From NCBI RefSeq assembly GCF_000281045.1, contig NW_008246129.1, forward strand, positions 3,122 through 60,110: DNA of 56,989 bases, read 5' to 3'. Positions 24,998 through 35,145 of the stretch are shown here, one piece after another (the stretch's first letter is position 1; every line of letters starts with the position of its first letter). The notes beneath the pieces are model-generated. The model did no database searches. It worked only from the letters and a program-made list of their open reading frames with translations, and had not been told where the DNA came from. Source of the stretch: Saprolegnia diclina VS20. Taxonomy: Eukaryota. The translations under genes were made by a program, and so were the position numbers.

Positions 24998-25723
24998 ATG
25001 CGCAGTCTCGTGCTCCTCTCGGCGCTCCTCTTTGCATGCGCCGTCTCCGTCGAAGCGTCTGCGGGCTGCGATACGTGCGCCAACACGGGCATGTGTGCTC
25101 AAGCCTTCAAGGGCGCTCCCGGTCAGTTCTGTGGCCGCTTTAGCGGCGGCGTCACGTGCTGCTGCCCCGCCCAAGCGCAGTGCAACATGTCGCCGTTCGA
25201 CTGCCGCTGCCGCGCCGTTCAACTCCGAAGCCCCTCGTCAAGCTCGCACTCGGGTGGTATTGTGGGCGGCGGTATTTTTTCCTTCCTCGCGTTCGTCATC
25301 TGCTGCTGCCTCTGCTGCCGCTGCTGCAAGTCGCGCGACGAGCCCGCATACGTCGCGATCGGCAGCCAGCCGCAGTACGTCGCTCAACCTCAGTACGTTG
25401 CCCAGCCGCAGTACGTCACCCAGCCTCAGTACAGCGCCCAGCCTCCGTACGCGACGCCGTACGGCGGGCAGCCCGCGGTCGTCTATGCGAACGCACCGCC
25501 GGCCCCGGTTGTGTACCAATCGTACCAAAACAACTACTCTGGCGGTGACGTAGCGCTTGGCACCGCGGCCGGCCTCGCGACGGGCGTCGTGCTCGCCGAG
25601 GCCATGCACTCTCACGAGTCTTACGATGGCGGCAACTACCAGTCGTACGATTTCGCCGGCGACACGGGCGGCGGTGACTTTGGCGGCGATACTGGCGGCG
25701 ACACCTTTAGCGGTGACTTTTAG
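24998..25723 (+). CDS. Cys-rich single-pass membrane protein, paralog 1 (241 aa)
   Basis: Signal peptide; 10-Cys domain C-x2-C-x5-C-x11-C-x8-CCC-x5-C-x6-C-x-C; TM helix ending in VICCCLCCRCC; Q/P/Y-rich tail; Gly/Asp-rich end. Confidence 0.85.
   Translation: MRSLVLLSALLFACAVSVEASAGCDTCANTGMCAQAFKGAPGQFCGRFSGGVTCCCPAQAQCNMSPFDCRCRAVQLRSPSSSSHSGGIVGGGIFSFLAFVICCCLCCRCCKSRDEPAYVAIGSQPQYVAQPQYVAQPQYVTQPQYSAQPPYATPYGGQPAVVYANAPPAPVVYQSYQNNYSGGDVALGTAAGLATGVVLAEAMHSHESYDGGNYQSYDFAGDTGGGDFGGDTGGDTFSGDF
25367..25450 (+). repeat. Coding 18-bp tandem repeat (about 4.7 units) encoding QPQYV(A/T)
   Basis: cagccgcagtacgtcgct caacctcagtacgttgcc cagccgcagtacgtcacc cagcctcagtacagcgcc cagcctccgtac. Confidence 0.9.
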
Positions 25724-25819
25724 GACACTATTCTCGTGGTGATTTTGCGCCGGAAAGGCATTTACGATTTGAACCTTTTCCGACTTTTGATTTCTCCATT
25801 CGCTTTGCACGTATCATCG

Positions 25820-26317
25820 ATGAAGTACCGGTACTACCGAACCACAGTATTGACGTTGCTGCTGCTTCTTCCGACGGCAACGCCCGTGGCTACACCCGGC
25901 TGTATTGCGTGCGCAGCCACAGGCAATTGTACGTTGGCGTACCAGAACCGATCCGGCATTGCTTGTGACCCGCTGGCTTCAGGCGAAGCGTGCTGCTGCC
26001 CGCGGAGTCAGATCTGCGCCTCGACGCGCGACCACTGCCACTGCCGGCGCAAGGAGCCCAAGCAACCCTCGCCGTCTGCCTATCTCATCGAGATGTGGGT
26101 CGGTATCATCGCCGCGGTCCTCATCACAGCTTGTTTGCTGCCCCGCCTCCTCATCAAGTGCATCACGTGGCATCAAGCTGCCCAGGCCCGCCGGTGCCGC
26201 ACAGCTGAGCTCCAGACACCTGGTGTCGCGATGACGAACGGAATCGCGGTGCGAGCGGACAACGACCGTGCGTACGCGTCGCTTCCGGTGGCAACCAAGT
26301 GCGCCACACAGCCCTAA
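25820..26317 (+). CDS. Cys-rich single-pass membrane protein, paralog 2 (165 aa)
   Basis: Signal peptide MKYRYYRTTVLTLLLLLPTA, identical 10-Cys spacing, TM helix MWVGIIAAVLITACLL. Confidence 0.78.
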   Translation: MKYRYYRTTVLTLLLLLPTATPVATPGCIACAATGNCTLAYQNRSGIACDPLASGEACCCPRSQICASTRDHCHCRRKEPKQPSPSAYLIEMWVGIIAAVLITACLLPRLLIKCITWHQAAQARRCRTAELQTPGVAMTNGIAVRADNDRAYASLPVATKCATQP

Positions 26318-26741
26318 TCATCAAGTCGTCCTCGTAAGAAGGTCCCACAAGCTTGTATTTCACTATGTTAAGGATTTAATGTACAAGACGATTCGTATAA
26401 GCCCAATTGCTGACTGGTACCTCGTTCCGCCACCGGTGTTGGTGATCAACAAATGACGTCTGCCTGGGCAATGGGCTACAAACTTGACCAGAGAAGAAAG
26501 ATAGGTTTTGGGACACAAACCCTTGGCGTCGCTGTACGAAACGTACAGTATAATACTTTAGCAGCCAAGGACCTGGTCAAGGACGTCATCTGTGCCCGCC
26601 TACCGGTACAGTTGTTGCTGCGAGCAAGGGTCAATAAACTTGCTGCAAGGTTGGAGTGTCCCCCAGCCGAAGAAATGCTCTCGAAGTTTGAGGTTCGAAA
26701 TTCGTATCAGCCAGTGAGTTGCAAAGGTTCAGAATCGCACG

Positions 26742-27422
26742 ATGGCTCGTCGACTCGTCACGGTCGCCTTCACCATCCTCGCGAGCTGCGTGAGTTTCGC
26801 AGAGGGCGGATGTCATGAGTGCGCGAAGGACGGCGACTGCTCCGAGGCGTTCAAGGGCGCGTCTGGCCACTACTGCGGGCCGTACCAGGACACCGATTGC
26901 TGCTGCCCGCAGGGAGCGCAGTGCTTTGTCTCGCCGTACTTTTGCCAATGCCTGCACATCCCGACGTTCATAGCCCCAACGCCACCGCCCGTAGGCGAGA
27001 CACCCGAGGCAAATACCGTCAAGCAGCACGAGGTGCTCGGTATCGCTTTGGTCGTCATCCTCGTGTGGTGTATTCTCAAGCGATGCCGCAAAAAGCGCGA
27101 AATGCGCCGCCGCGCCGAGTACATTCACCTCTCCGAGGTCTCTCGCCCACAATACGAGTATGCAAGCCAGCCCAACTATGGGTCCAACCAGAGCCAGCCG
27201 CCCTTTTACCAATACGCACCACCCAACACCGGTCCAAGCCAACCGTATGCCATCTACTTGCCGCCAACATCCCAACAACCGCTGTCGTATGCCCAGCAAG
27301 CGCTGCCGACCGAAGGCTACGGGCAGCAGTCTGCCTATCCTACCCAGCAGATCTCGGCCATACCCATGGCGATTCCAGTCGACAGGCAACCGACGACAAG
27401 GTCGGAAAACAAGTTCGACTAA
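26742..27422 (+). CDS. Cys-rich single-pass membrane protein, paralog 3 (226 aa)
   Basis: Signal peptide, the same 10-Cys pattern (x7 before CCC), TM helix VLGIALVVILVWCIL followed by a basic stop-transfer segment, and a Q/P/Y-rich tail containing PPFY. Confidence 0.85.
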   Translation: MARRLVTVAFTILASCVSFAEGGCHECAKDGDCSEAFKGASGHYCGPYQDTDCCCPQGAQCFVSPYFCQCLHIPTFIAPTPPPVGETPEANTVKQHEVLGIALVVILVWCILKRCRKKREMRRRAEYIHLSEVSRPQYEYASQPNYGSNQSQPPFYQYAPPNTGPSQPYAIYLPPTSQQPLSYAQQALPTEGYGQQSAYPTQQISAIPMAIPVDRQPTTRSENKFD

Positions 27423-27731
27423 AATTCCGTCAACGAATTGCCGTATTGTTGTTGTTGTTAAAAGATCAACGCTCTAAAAGCCACCCAGTGCACTCGTCCC
27501 AGGAGATCCCCAATACCAGTCATCAAACAGCGTACACGGAAAGGTGGAGATACTCCAACGTGCGCATACTGCAAACCACAGTGATTGCAGGCACCCCCGA
27601 CGAGATGGTAACTCGGTCGCGGCGGAGGTCAGGCGGAAAGACGTGATTTGCAAGATACCTCATGCACAAGCCAATCAACGGCCAGGATGTACAGAAAGGG
27701 CGAAACGGCAAAGTGCAATTTGCGCGTGGAC

Positions 27732-28699
27732 ATGCAGCGGTTCTTTGAGTGGATCTTGGGCAGTGCCAAGGCCAAGCCGGCGCCTCGTATCTCGGTGATG
27801 TGCAAGCTGCCCCGGCGACCCTCCCCACGCAACACGGAGCGTTACCTTGCCCTCGACGAAGAGAAGGTACACCTCTTGCGCTGCATGATCGAGCACGCGA
27901 TGACGCTGCATCGCTGGCGGCGGTCGCCCAAGCACTACACAGCTCAAACACGATCGCCTGTCGTCGTGTCGGGCATCTACCCGCTGCAGTAGTTCCAGGA
28001 CGACTGCGGACACCACGTCACACTCCGCGGCATCCACCTGCCCGACCGGTATGTCGTGCACTGCACATCAACTGAGCGCGTGTGGCGGGTCGCGTTCCGC
28101 TTGCGGTCGTACGTCTGCGCTGTTAGCGCACCCCAAGACGGTACATTCCAGGTCGGAGCCTACATGTGCCAGCAAGAATGGGTGACACTTCGCGTCGCGC
28201 GCAGCGTGCTCGGCTCTGTGCTTGAGCCCCATCCCCATCGTGCAACTGGCGACCTCGACGGCCTTCCAAGCGCTGTGCAGCGGCACATTTTGTCCTACTT
28301 GGACGCTACGTCCCTTGTTCGCTGCGCCCAGATCAACCACGTACGTAGTCGTACGATACTATGATACCACATCGCTCAAATCTTTTGTAGGCCTTCCTCG
28401 GGTACCTCAACGACGAGAGCCTCTGGCGCGCCTTGCTCTGGTTCGGTACGGCGCAAGAGTGCATCTGTGCAGCATTCTACAAATCTTGTCCTTCTAGATT
28501 TCAAGCGAGATGGGTCCACCCTCTTGAAGAAGCGGCGTGGGATGTCCCTACGGCAAGCATACGGGCTCTGGTCAGTCGTTCAACCCATCTCGAATCGGTC
28601 GCTGATTGGTCGTCGTGGGATGTAGCGCCCAACACGAGACGTTGCATCAACAGGATCGCCAGCGCAAGGTGCCACGCCGTGCACAAAGATAAGGCCTGA
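27732..28699 (+). CDS. F-box protein, multi-exon
   Basis: LDGLPSAVQRHILSYLDATSLVRCAQINH|AFLGYLNDESLWRAL matches the F-box consensus across an intron. The start codon and some exon limits are uncertain. Confidence 0.7.
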
Positions 28700-28837
28700 C
28701 CAGTTTGCGTCTGATACGGCGTCGCTGCTTGTTTTTGGCGCGCTTTCTCTGCCTTGCAGTTGATGAAAATATATGGAACCGAGCCATGAACCGTCCTACT
28801 GTCCGCGTCTTCTTTTTCAAAGCGTCTTGTTGAAGTT

Positions 28838-28855
28838 GCTCATTTTGCATTTTGC
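28838..28855 (+). promoter_or_regulatory. Oomycete INR+FPR core promoter
   Basis: GCTCATTTTGCATTTTGC closely matches the oomycete initiator consensus GCTCATTYYNCAWTTT and lies 46 nt upstream of the thioredoxin ATG. Confidence 0.75.
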
Positions 28856-28883
28856 CTCCACACGCTCGATCGATACCTTTAGC

Positions 28884-29456
28884 ATGCTCCGCCTCGCGTC
28901 GTCGTCTACCCGCCGCCTCCGCACGCTCTCGCGCACCTTTGGTAGCCTACGGGACGATCGATCCAAGTCTGATCTACGCACAATAGCGTCGTCCCGCGTT
29001 CAAGTGCTCGAGTCCGAGACCGAGTACGCGTCGCTGATTGCCAAGCCAGAGGCCAAGAGCATTGTGTACTTTACGGCGCCGTGGAGCGGCCCGTGCAACG
29101 CGATCGCGCCGATTTTCTCCGAGCTGAGGTACGAACGCTCAAAGTTGCACGATATCCATGGACTATTTGCTCGTAGCAACGCCTTTCCGAACCTCAACTT
29201 TGCCCAGCTGGACGTGCACGAGCTCGACGACACGGCGGTGGAGGCCGGCATTCGGGTACGTGTATCGTCGATGCCACATCCAACGTCGCGAGTAGGATAT
29301 GCCCACGTTCCATTTCTATGCCAACGGCAAGTTGCAAGAACCACTCGAGGTATACATTGTCTGCATCAAACGAGAACGCTCATGAACGACTTCTAGCTCG
29401 CAGGCATCGACGTCAACCAGCTCAAGGACAACATTCAAAAGCTTGCCGACTTGTAA
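28884..29456 (+). CDS. Thioredoxin-like protein 1 (WSGPC active-site variant) with mitochondrial-type presequence, 5 exons
   Basis: Arg/Ser-rich leader MLRLASSSTRRLRTLSRTF; VYFTAPWSGPC; FAQLDVHEL; MPTFHFY..G; stop at 29454-29456. Confidence 0.85.
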
Positions 29457-29645
29457 CGTGCTCATTGCGTCGTGTGTTGTCCATTGAATGTCATTAAGTT
29501 TTGTCCGTTGGTTTGTGTTTTCTTGTCACCTATTGGCAAGCAAACTTCCACGAAATTTATCGATTGACGAATGGGACATCGACGACACTGCGCCGTCTCC
29601 CAGGCACACGTTCGTCACAAGCACCCGTTGGCGTCATTTCCAGTC

Positions 29646-30190
29646 ATGCGTCGTGTCAGAGCTACCGTGAGAATGCATCGCTACTCGACCGGGTCGGCCC
29701 GGAACGATCGAGCTGCGCCGCACTTCGTTCCACTCACGACACTTGACGCATACGAGGCGTGGATCACAGCGCCCCACAAGCGACGTGTTGTCTACTTTAC
29801 AGCGCACTGGAGCGGTCCCTGCTCGATCTTACGCCCTACGTTGCACGCTTTATGGTACGTCTTCTTGGTCGCTCGGTCTCACATGCCCTTTTCATTCTAG
29901 TGCCACCTATCCGACGGTCGAATTTGCTCAAGTCGATGTGCATGCGATGGACGATGCGGCGGTTCTTGCCAATGTGTGTGTACGTCCTTTTTTGCGTACG
30001 CTGTCCTTAGCAGCGTCTGATACAGGACATGCCCACGTTCCACTTTTACCTCGACGGAAAGCCACAGCCTGCGCTCACGGTACGTCGGCTGCGATGAAGG
30101 TTGTGCTAACCGAGCGGTTAGTGCACTGGCCTGCGCTGCGAGTTACTCCAGTGCAACGTCGCCAAGCTGGCCGACGGCCCTATCCGTTGA
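29646..30190 (+). CDS. Thioredoxin-like protein 2 (WSGPC variant, divergent), 4 exons
   Basis: Leader MRRVRATVRMHRYST; VYFTAHWSGPC; FAQVDVHAMDD; MPTFHFYLDGK; intron positions shared with its neighbours. Confidence 0.8.
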
Positions 30191-30457
30191 TCCCGCGCTT
30201 CCAGAATTGGTAGCGCTGTGTATCGATAACGCGTCGCTTGCGTCTCGCCTACGTCGCTACATACAGCATGTTGAATGGCGCGTTCTGTTGCTTCCAAGGC
30301 AAAGCGTGGGCACATGGTGTAGTCAGCAGATCCGTTGAGGTCGGCTCAGAATTTGGAGTGCCACGTTCGACCAATCACAGCAATCGATCCTTGAAGGTCG
30401 TTAAACCCAGGGATTGCTTGCGACGCATCCGGCGGCCTCTCATTTTCGGAATTCGCC

Positions 30458-31057
30458 ATGATTCGCATCTCGTCCGCTGCTGCCTCGATCACGCGCGCCA
30501 CGCTCGGCGCCCGCGCCTTCTCACGCGGTGTCGGTATGTGCAAGTGGCATGTCGGTCATGGCCTCATGCTCATGGCGTAGCCTCGCGCGTCCAGGTCCTT
30601 GACACGGACAGCCAGTACACGGACTTGATCGCCAAGCCGTCCAAGAGTGTCGTCTACTTTACGGCGGCGTGGTGCGGCCCGTGCAAGATGATCTCGCCCA
30701 TTTACGCCCAGCTCAGGTACACGATCTGCTGCAAGACTCGATGCAAACGTGCGCTGTAGCAACGAATTCCCGGACGTCGAGTTTGCCAAGGTCGATGTCG
30801 ACGAGCTCGACGAGACGGCCGCTAAGGCCGGTGTCCGCGTACGCGCTGCCAACGTCTCTGCTGACGCGTGCGCTCATGCTGTCGACGATATAGGCCATGC
30901 CCACGTTCCACTTTTACGCCAACGGCAAGCTCCAGCAGCCTCTTGGCGTACGTCACGTGTTGATTGCTCGTCTCGTGGACGCTCATTCCGTGTGTAGTTT
31001 GCCGGCGCCGACCCGAAGCAGCTCCTCGCCAACGTCCAGAAGCTCGTCGCCTTGTAA
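30458..31057 (+). CDS. Thioredoxin (canonical WCGPC) with mitochondrial-type presequence, 5 exons
   Basis: Leader MIRISSAAASITRATLGARAFSRG; VYFTAAWCGPCKMISP; FAKVDVDEL; AMPTFHFY; FAGAD. An INR (CTCATTTT) lies just upstream. Confidence 0.92.
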
Positions 31058-31149
31058 GCAGCGAAACCACTGCCAATCGACTGCGTTCAAGAGGACAAAT
31101 CCTAACTTCCTAATCTATTTTTGATCGCGCAACCTGACTTTGGCGCGCC

Positions 31150-32315
31150 ATGGAGACCATGTTCCCGATGCCTGTCGCCCGGTGCAAACAAAAGCCGGGG
31201 CCCGCCGTCGCGCAGCAGCAGTATGCGCCGTTTCGCATGACGTACATGGACAAGAAGGCGTACATTGGTCGCCACTTCGAGCCCATGTTCCTGCTTGACG
31301 TACGATCCTAGATCCTTTTGAGATGGCGCGCGGACCTGGCTACCTCGAGAGCCCGCTCGTGGTCACAAAACGACCCATTACACTCTACAAGTAGTACTTC
31401 ATTCGACGTTGATCTCTCATCCACCGTCATCTTTGTCCAGAGTCGAGCGCGCCAAAGGCTTCAACCCAACGCTGCCGGTCCACGCCGACGCCATGTACGA
31501 CGTCGACCACGGCATTGCGTACGAGACCACACGTACTATGATGTCCTTTTGCTTATATTCCATCGATTGATTGTCGCTGCTAGACAAGGGCAACGCGGTC
31601 GCGCTCAAGTCGGCGTCGCCGCGGTTCCCCGAGGTACAGAGTGCGTTGAACGATCTGCTCCAAGAACGGTAGACTCGCGACCGCGCGCCAGGGCCAGGAA
31701 GCTACCACTGCGAAGAGGTAAAGACGAAGCTATCGGCGTCTCGGTGATCTTGAAGTCGACTAGTTCCATGGCGCATTCCCCATTCTTCTCCACGTGGTCA
31801 CACCACGGGTATACCTCGTTTTGTGATATATCTGCACCGATATGCGCTGCTGCAGGACGCCAAGCAAGCGCAGCATGAGAAGAAGGACGCGCTCAAGCAC
31901 ATGATGGGCGTCATCCCGGTCCAGGAGACACCGACCCCGAAGCGGTGCCAAATTCAAACGTCAAGTTTGCGACGATTCATATAAGGGGCGTAGGTCGATT
32001 CGAAAGTCGGCGCCCTCAGCGTCAACGGACGAGCGCAAGACGGAACTTTATATGCACACACTGCAGGATGTGGCCATCACCTCGTCGAGTGATGATGCTG
32101 CGTGTACATCGTCTCCGCTCGTGGCGCGACTCACGCCTCGCAACGCCTACAACGGCGCGTACTTGGCCCAAGCACCGTCGCCGACGCTGTGGGTGCAACC
32201 ACCACCAACGTGCCACCGACCAACGCCACAGACAGTAGCAGTCTCACCACCCAAGAGTGGACGAAAGCATCGACAGCGACAGTCCCCGCGGGTGTTTGTG
32301 CGTCTGACCCCGTGA
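31150..32315 (+). CDS. Hypothetical multi-exon protein
   Basis: ATG at 31150 (METMFPMPVARCKQ..YMDKKAYIGRHFEP), several short GT-AG-bounded exons, and a last exon in ORF 32052-32315. No motif was recognised. Confidence 0.5.
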
Positions 32316-32334
32316 CCCTATACCCACGCTAACC

Positions 32335-34845
32335 CTACAAAAGACTTTTGTAAAGATAGCTCCTCATGTTGCGCGGAGAAAGCACTGCTTTTCCTCGCTG
32401 CTGCCACAGTGCCGATGACAATGAACCAATGCAAAGGAACATGGCGCACTCGAACTCGAACGATTCTCTTGCCGCCATCGGCCAAGTACGTGAACGACCG
32501 GTGTCAAGATGCAGCACATTAGACGACCAAAGCACGTACTCACAGAGCCTGCCGCTCACCGTTGGAAGCTACGTCTCAAGTGTCTTGAGCAAGTGCTCGA
32601 TGCTCTCCGACACGACAGACATGTATGGTGTTGATACTGCCTATATCTAGTCGTCGCCGTGTCCCATTATATACTCCATGAGACTCGTATCGCTTAAGGA
32701 TAACTCCGAGCTTCAGAGAACCGATCGTGAAAGGCGTCGACGACAGGTGCAAATGCAGTATCGGCGGGCAGCGCATCGACTGCCGCCGCCAGCGCACCGA
32801 GGTCGGCGTCTGGCGTCCACTGAAGCGCGTTCCCACTCGTCGCCTAGACAAGGCAAGTTCCTTGAGCCATGGATAATACCATGGTCTTGTACCCATTGCA
32901 CCAGTGCGGCGACCGCGATGCGCTTTGTCGCCTCGGGCGTTGCGGTGTGCAGCACAATGCGGCACAGCGTCGACGGCATGCGCTTGGACGCGGCGGGTAG
33001 TGGCATGGCTTGGCCAAAGTGGGCTACGAGCCCGACACACTTGATAGTTTCGCACAGGACGCTGGCAGAGACGGGTGACGACGGCGCGTCGAGGCCGTCT
33101 GTGAGTTGCGAGAGGACCTCGTGGAGCGTCATAGCAATCGTTTCAATGTTGGCGTGGATGCGCGCGGCTCGGTCGGCGTCCGGCATCTCGTACGGCGGGA
33201 GCACGCTGCAGACGAAGACGTCGAGACTGGCCAAGACGACGCGACTCGCAACGACGGCACTGTTTGGGTCCACACTCAAGTGCGTGGCCACGGCGTAGAG
33301 CAAGAGTACACTCGCGACGTCGATGAAATTGTCGGTTGGCTGCCGCAGAAACGGTGTCACGAGGCCAACGAGCCGGTCGAGGCTGGCCAGCGTCGTTGCG
33401 CGGCGCTCAGCCGCCGGTGGCCGCCAGTCATAAACATATGTCTGCAGAGCGTAGACGAGCCACTCGCACGGACCACCAGCGTGAGTGTCGTCATCGTAGG
33501 CCAAATGCGCTTCCACCAAGTCGTGCCAGAGAGGAAGAAACCCTGCCGACGAGAATGCGTCACGCATTGCGTCACCGCTGTGCACGAGAAGACCGACGAG
33601 CGTGAGCGCGTTGAAGTACAAGTGCTGTCCGATAAGCGATTGCGTCTCGGCCCCTCGGCGGTCCATGGTCTCGCGCTGGCACAAGAGGTCCGTCAAGATC
33701 GTCGCCGTTGTCGATGTGTGGTCGTCGACGGTGAGGCGGAAGGCGTCGAGGCTTTGCAAAATCGCATCGCGGTCGCCGTGTTCAAAGATCTGCAAAAGCA
33801 GACTGGTGCTCTGGAGGCACGCGACAGCTTCGACGTCGTTACGCAGCTGGCCAGCGCCCAAGTGCGCGTCGCTGAGAAGCGCCATGAAGCACGGGACGAC
33901 GTCCAGGTCGACGTACGTGGCGGCGAGCTCGGCTGCTACGCCCAGCATCGTCCCGAGGAGGACGACCGCCGACGCCTAGACATAGACAGTATTGTCGTTG
34001 GCGAAATGTTCAAAGAACATGCGTACGCGAAGGCGAAGGTCCTCGTGTGTCGCCAAGAGCTGGGCACAGGTCGCCGTGACGCCGTTGGCGCGCAGCACGA
34101 GAGCCAAATTAGGATATGCTTCGACGAAGCGGGTCAACAGCAGCAAAACCTGCCACACGGTCTCGGGTGCGTCCGTATCGAGCAATGGAAGGAGCATGCT
34201 CAAGCCGCCATGGGCCACGAAGGACTCGGTGGTCGAAAAACCGGCATTCGCACCTTCCGAGAGACGAACTTGTAGCTGCGTGAGCGCCTGCCAGCACGTG
34301 GTCGCGTCGCTCGACTGAAGCGCGGTGCAGAGCGCAAGGATGCTGGCGTCGTTGGTGCGCGGCGCCCGACACGACGGCTTGTGCTGGGGCCAGGACGCCG
34401 ACTGACACGCTGCGCTGCAAAAGTACACGCGCTTGCACTGACTGCAACGAAGCGCTTTCCGCGCCGGTTTGCAGCAGCTGGAGCACCACGATTTGTGCGT
34501 CGCCCAGCGGGCTTTGCCATTATCGTCGTCACTCGCCTTGTCGTCCTCGATGCTCGCCGGCGCAGCTTGCATCTTCTTCGCTGCGGCGCGTTCCCACTGC
34601 AGCGGCGGTGCTGGCGCCGAGGCCTCGGGTGGCACGACAGCTGGCGTCGGGCGCTCGGTCACGCCGTGGTTGTGCACGACCTGCGCGTTGGGGCACGCCG
34701 CCATGTCGGCGGCGAAGAGCGTCCACGCGCGGTTGGTCGCACACGAGTTGCAGACCGGCCGCGGATTCTCCCATTGGCTCTCGCGGAACCCCGACTGCTT
34801 GGCCTGAGGGACGCGGCAGTCGTCGCAGATCAGGACGCTTGGCAT
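32335..34845 (-). CDS. Zinc-finger (Stc1-like C4 + MYND) and armadillo-like repeat protein, multi-exon
   Basis: CDDC..KQSGFRESQW....VCNSC; MYND CSSC......LRCSQCKRVYFCSAACQSASWPQHKPSC; ARM-like FVAHGGLSMLL and FSSAGFLPLW. An intron near 33976-34027 joins the two long ORFs. Confidence 0.8.
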
Positions 34846-35145
34846 ATTGCGATATTCCGAAAATAGTACAAACAGAACACTATTTAAAGCACACCACGTG
34901 GCACGTCGGAGACAGAGGCGCATTCCAGGTCTGCGTAGCGTGAAGTATGCGCTACCGCTTCAGCCTTTCTTGCCTCGACATGTGTCGAATTCGGCGTGCG
35001 CTTGTCGTCCCGTCACTTTATCGTAACCTGCTCGAGCGTTGCCGTGATCAATCCAAATCATACACTATTTCCGTTGATACGAATATCTTGGTGAACCGGC
35101 GTCGAACAACAGTCGTGACACGAAGAAGATCCAAGCCGAGGTGCG

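Noticed and set aside
25367..25450. CRISPR-like array
   Set aside because: These are head-to-tail in-frame 18-mers without spacers, inside a eukaryotic CDS.
24998..27422. Elicitins or RxLR/Crinkler effectors
   Set aside because: The Cys number and spacing differ from the 6-Cys elicitin pattern, the proteins have a TM anchor, and no RxLR-dEER or LxLFLAK motif is present.
29082..30684. Selenocysteine in the thioredoxin active sites
   Set aside because: The codons are AGC or TGC, not TGA.
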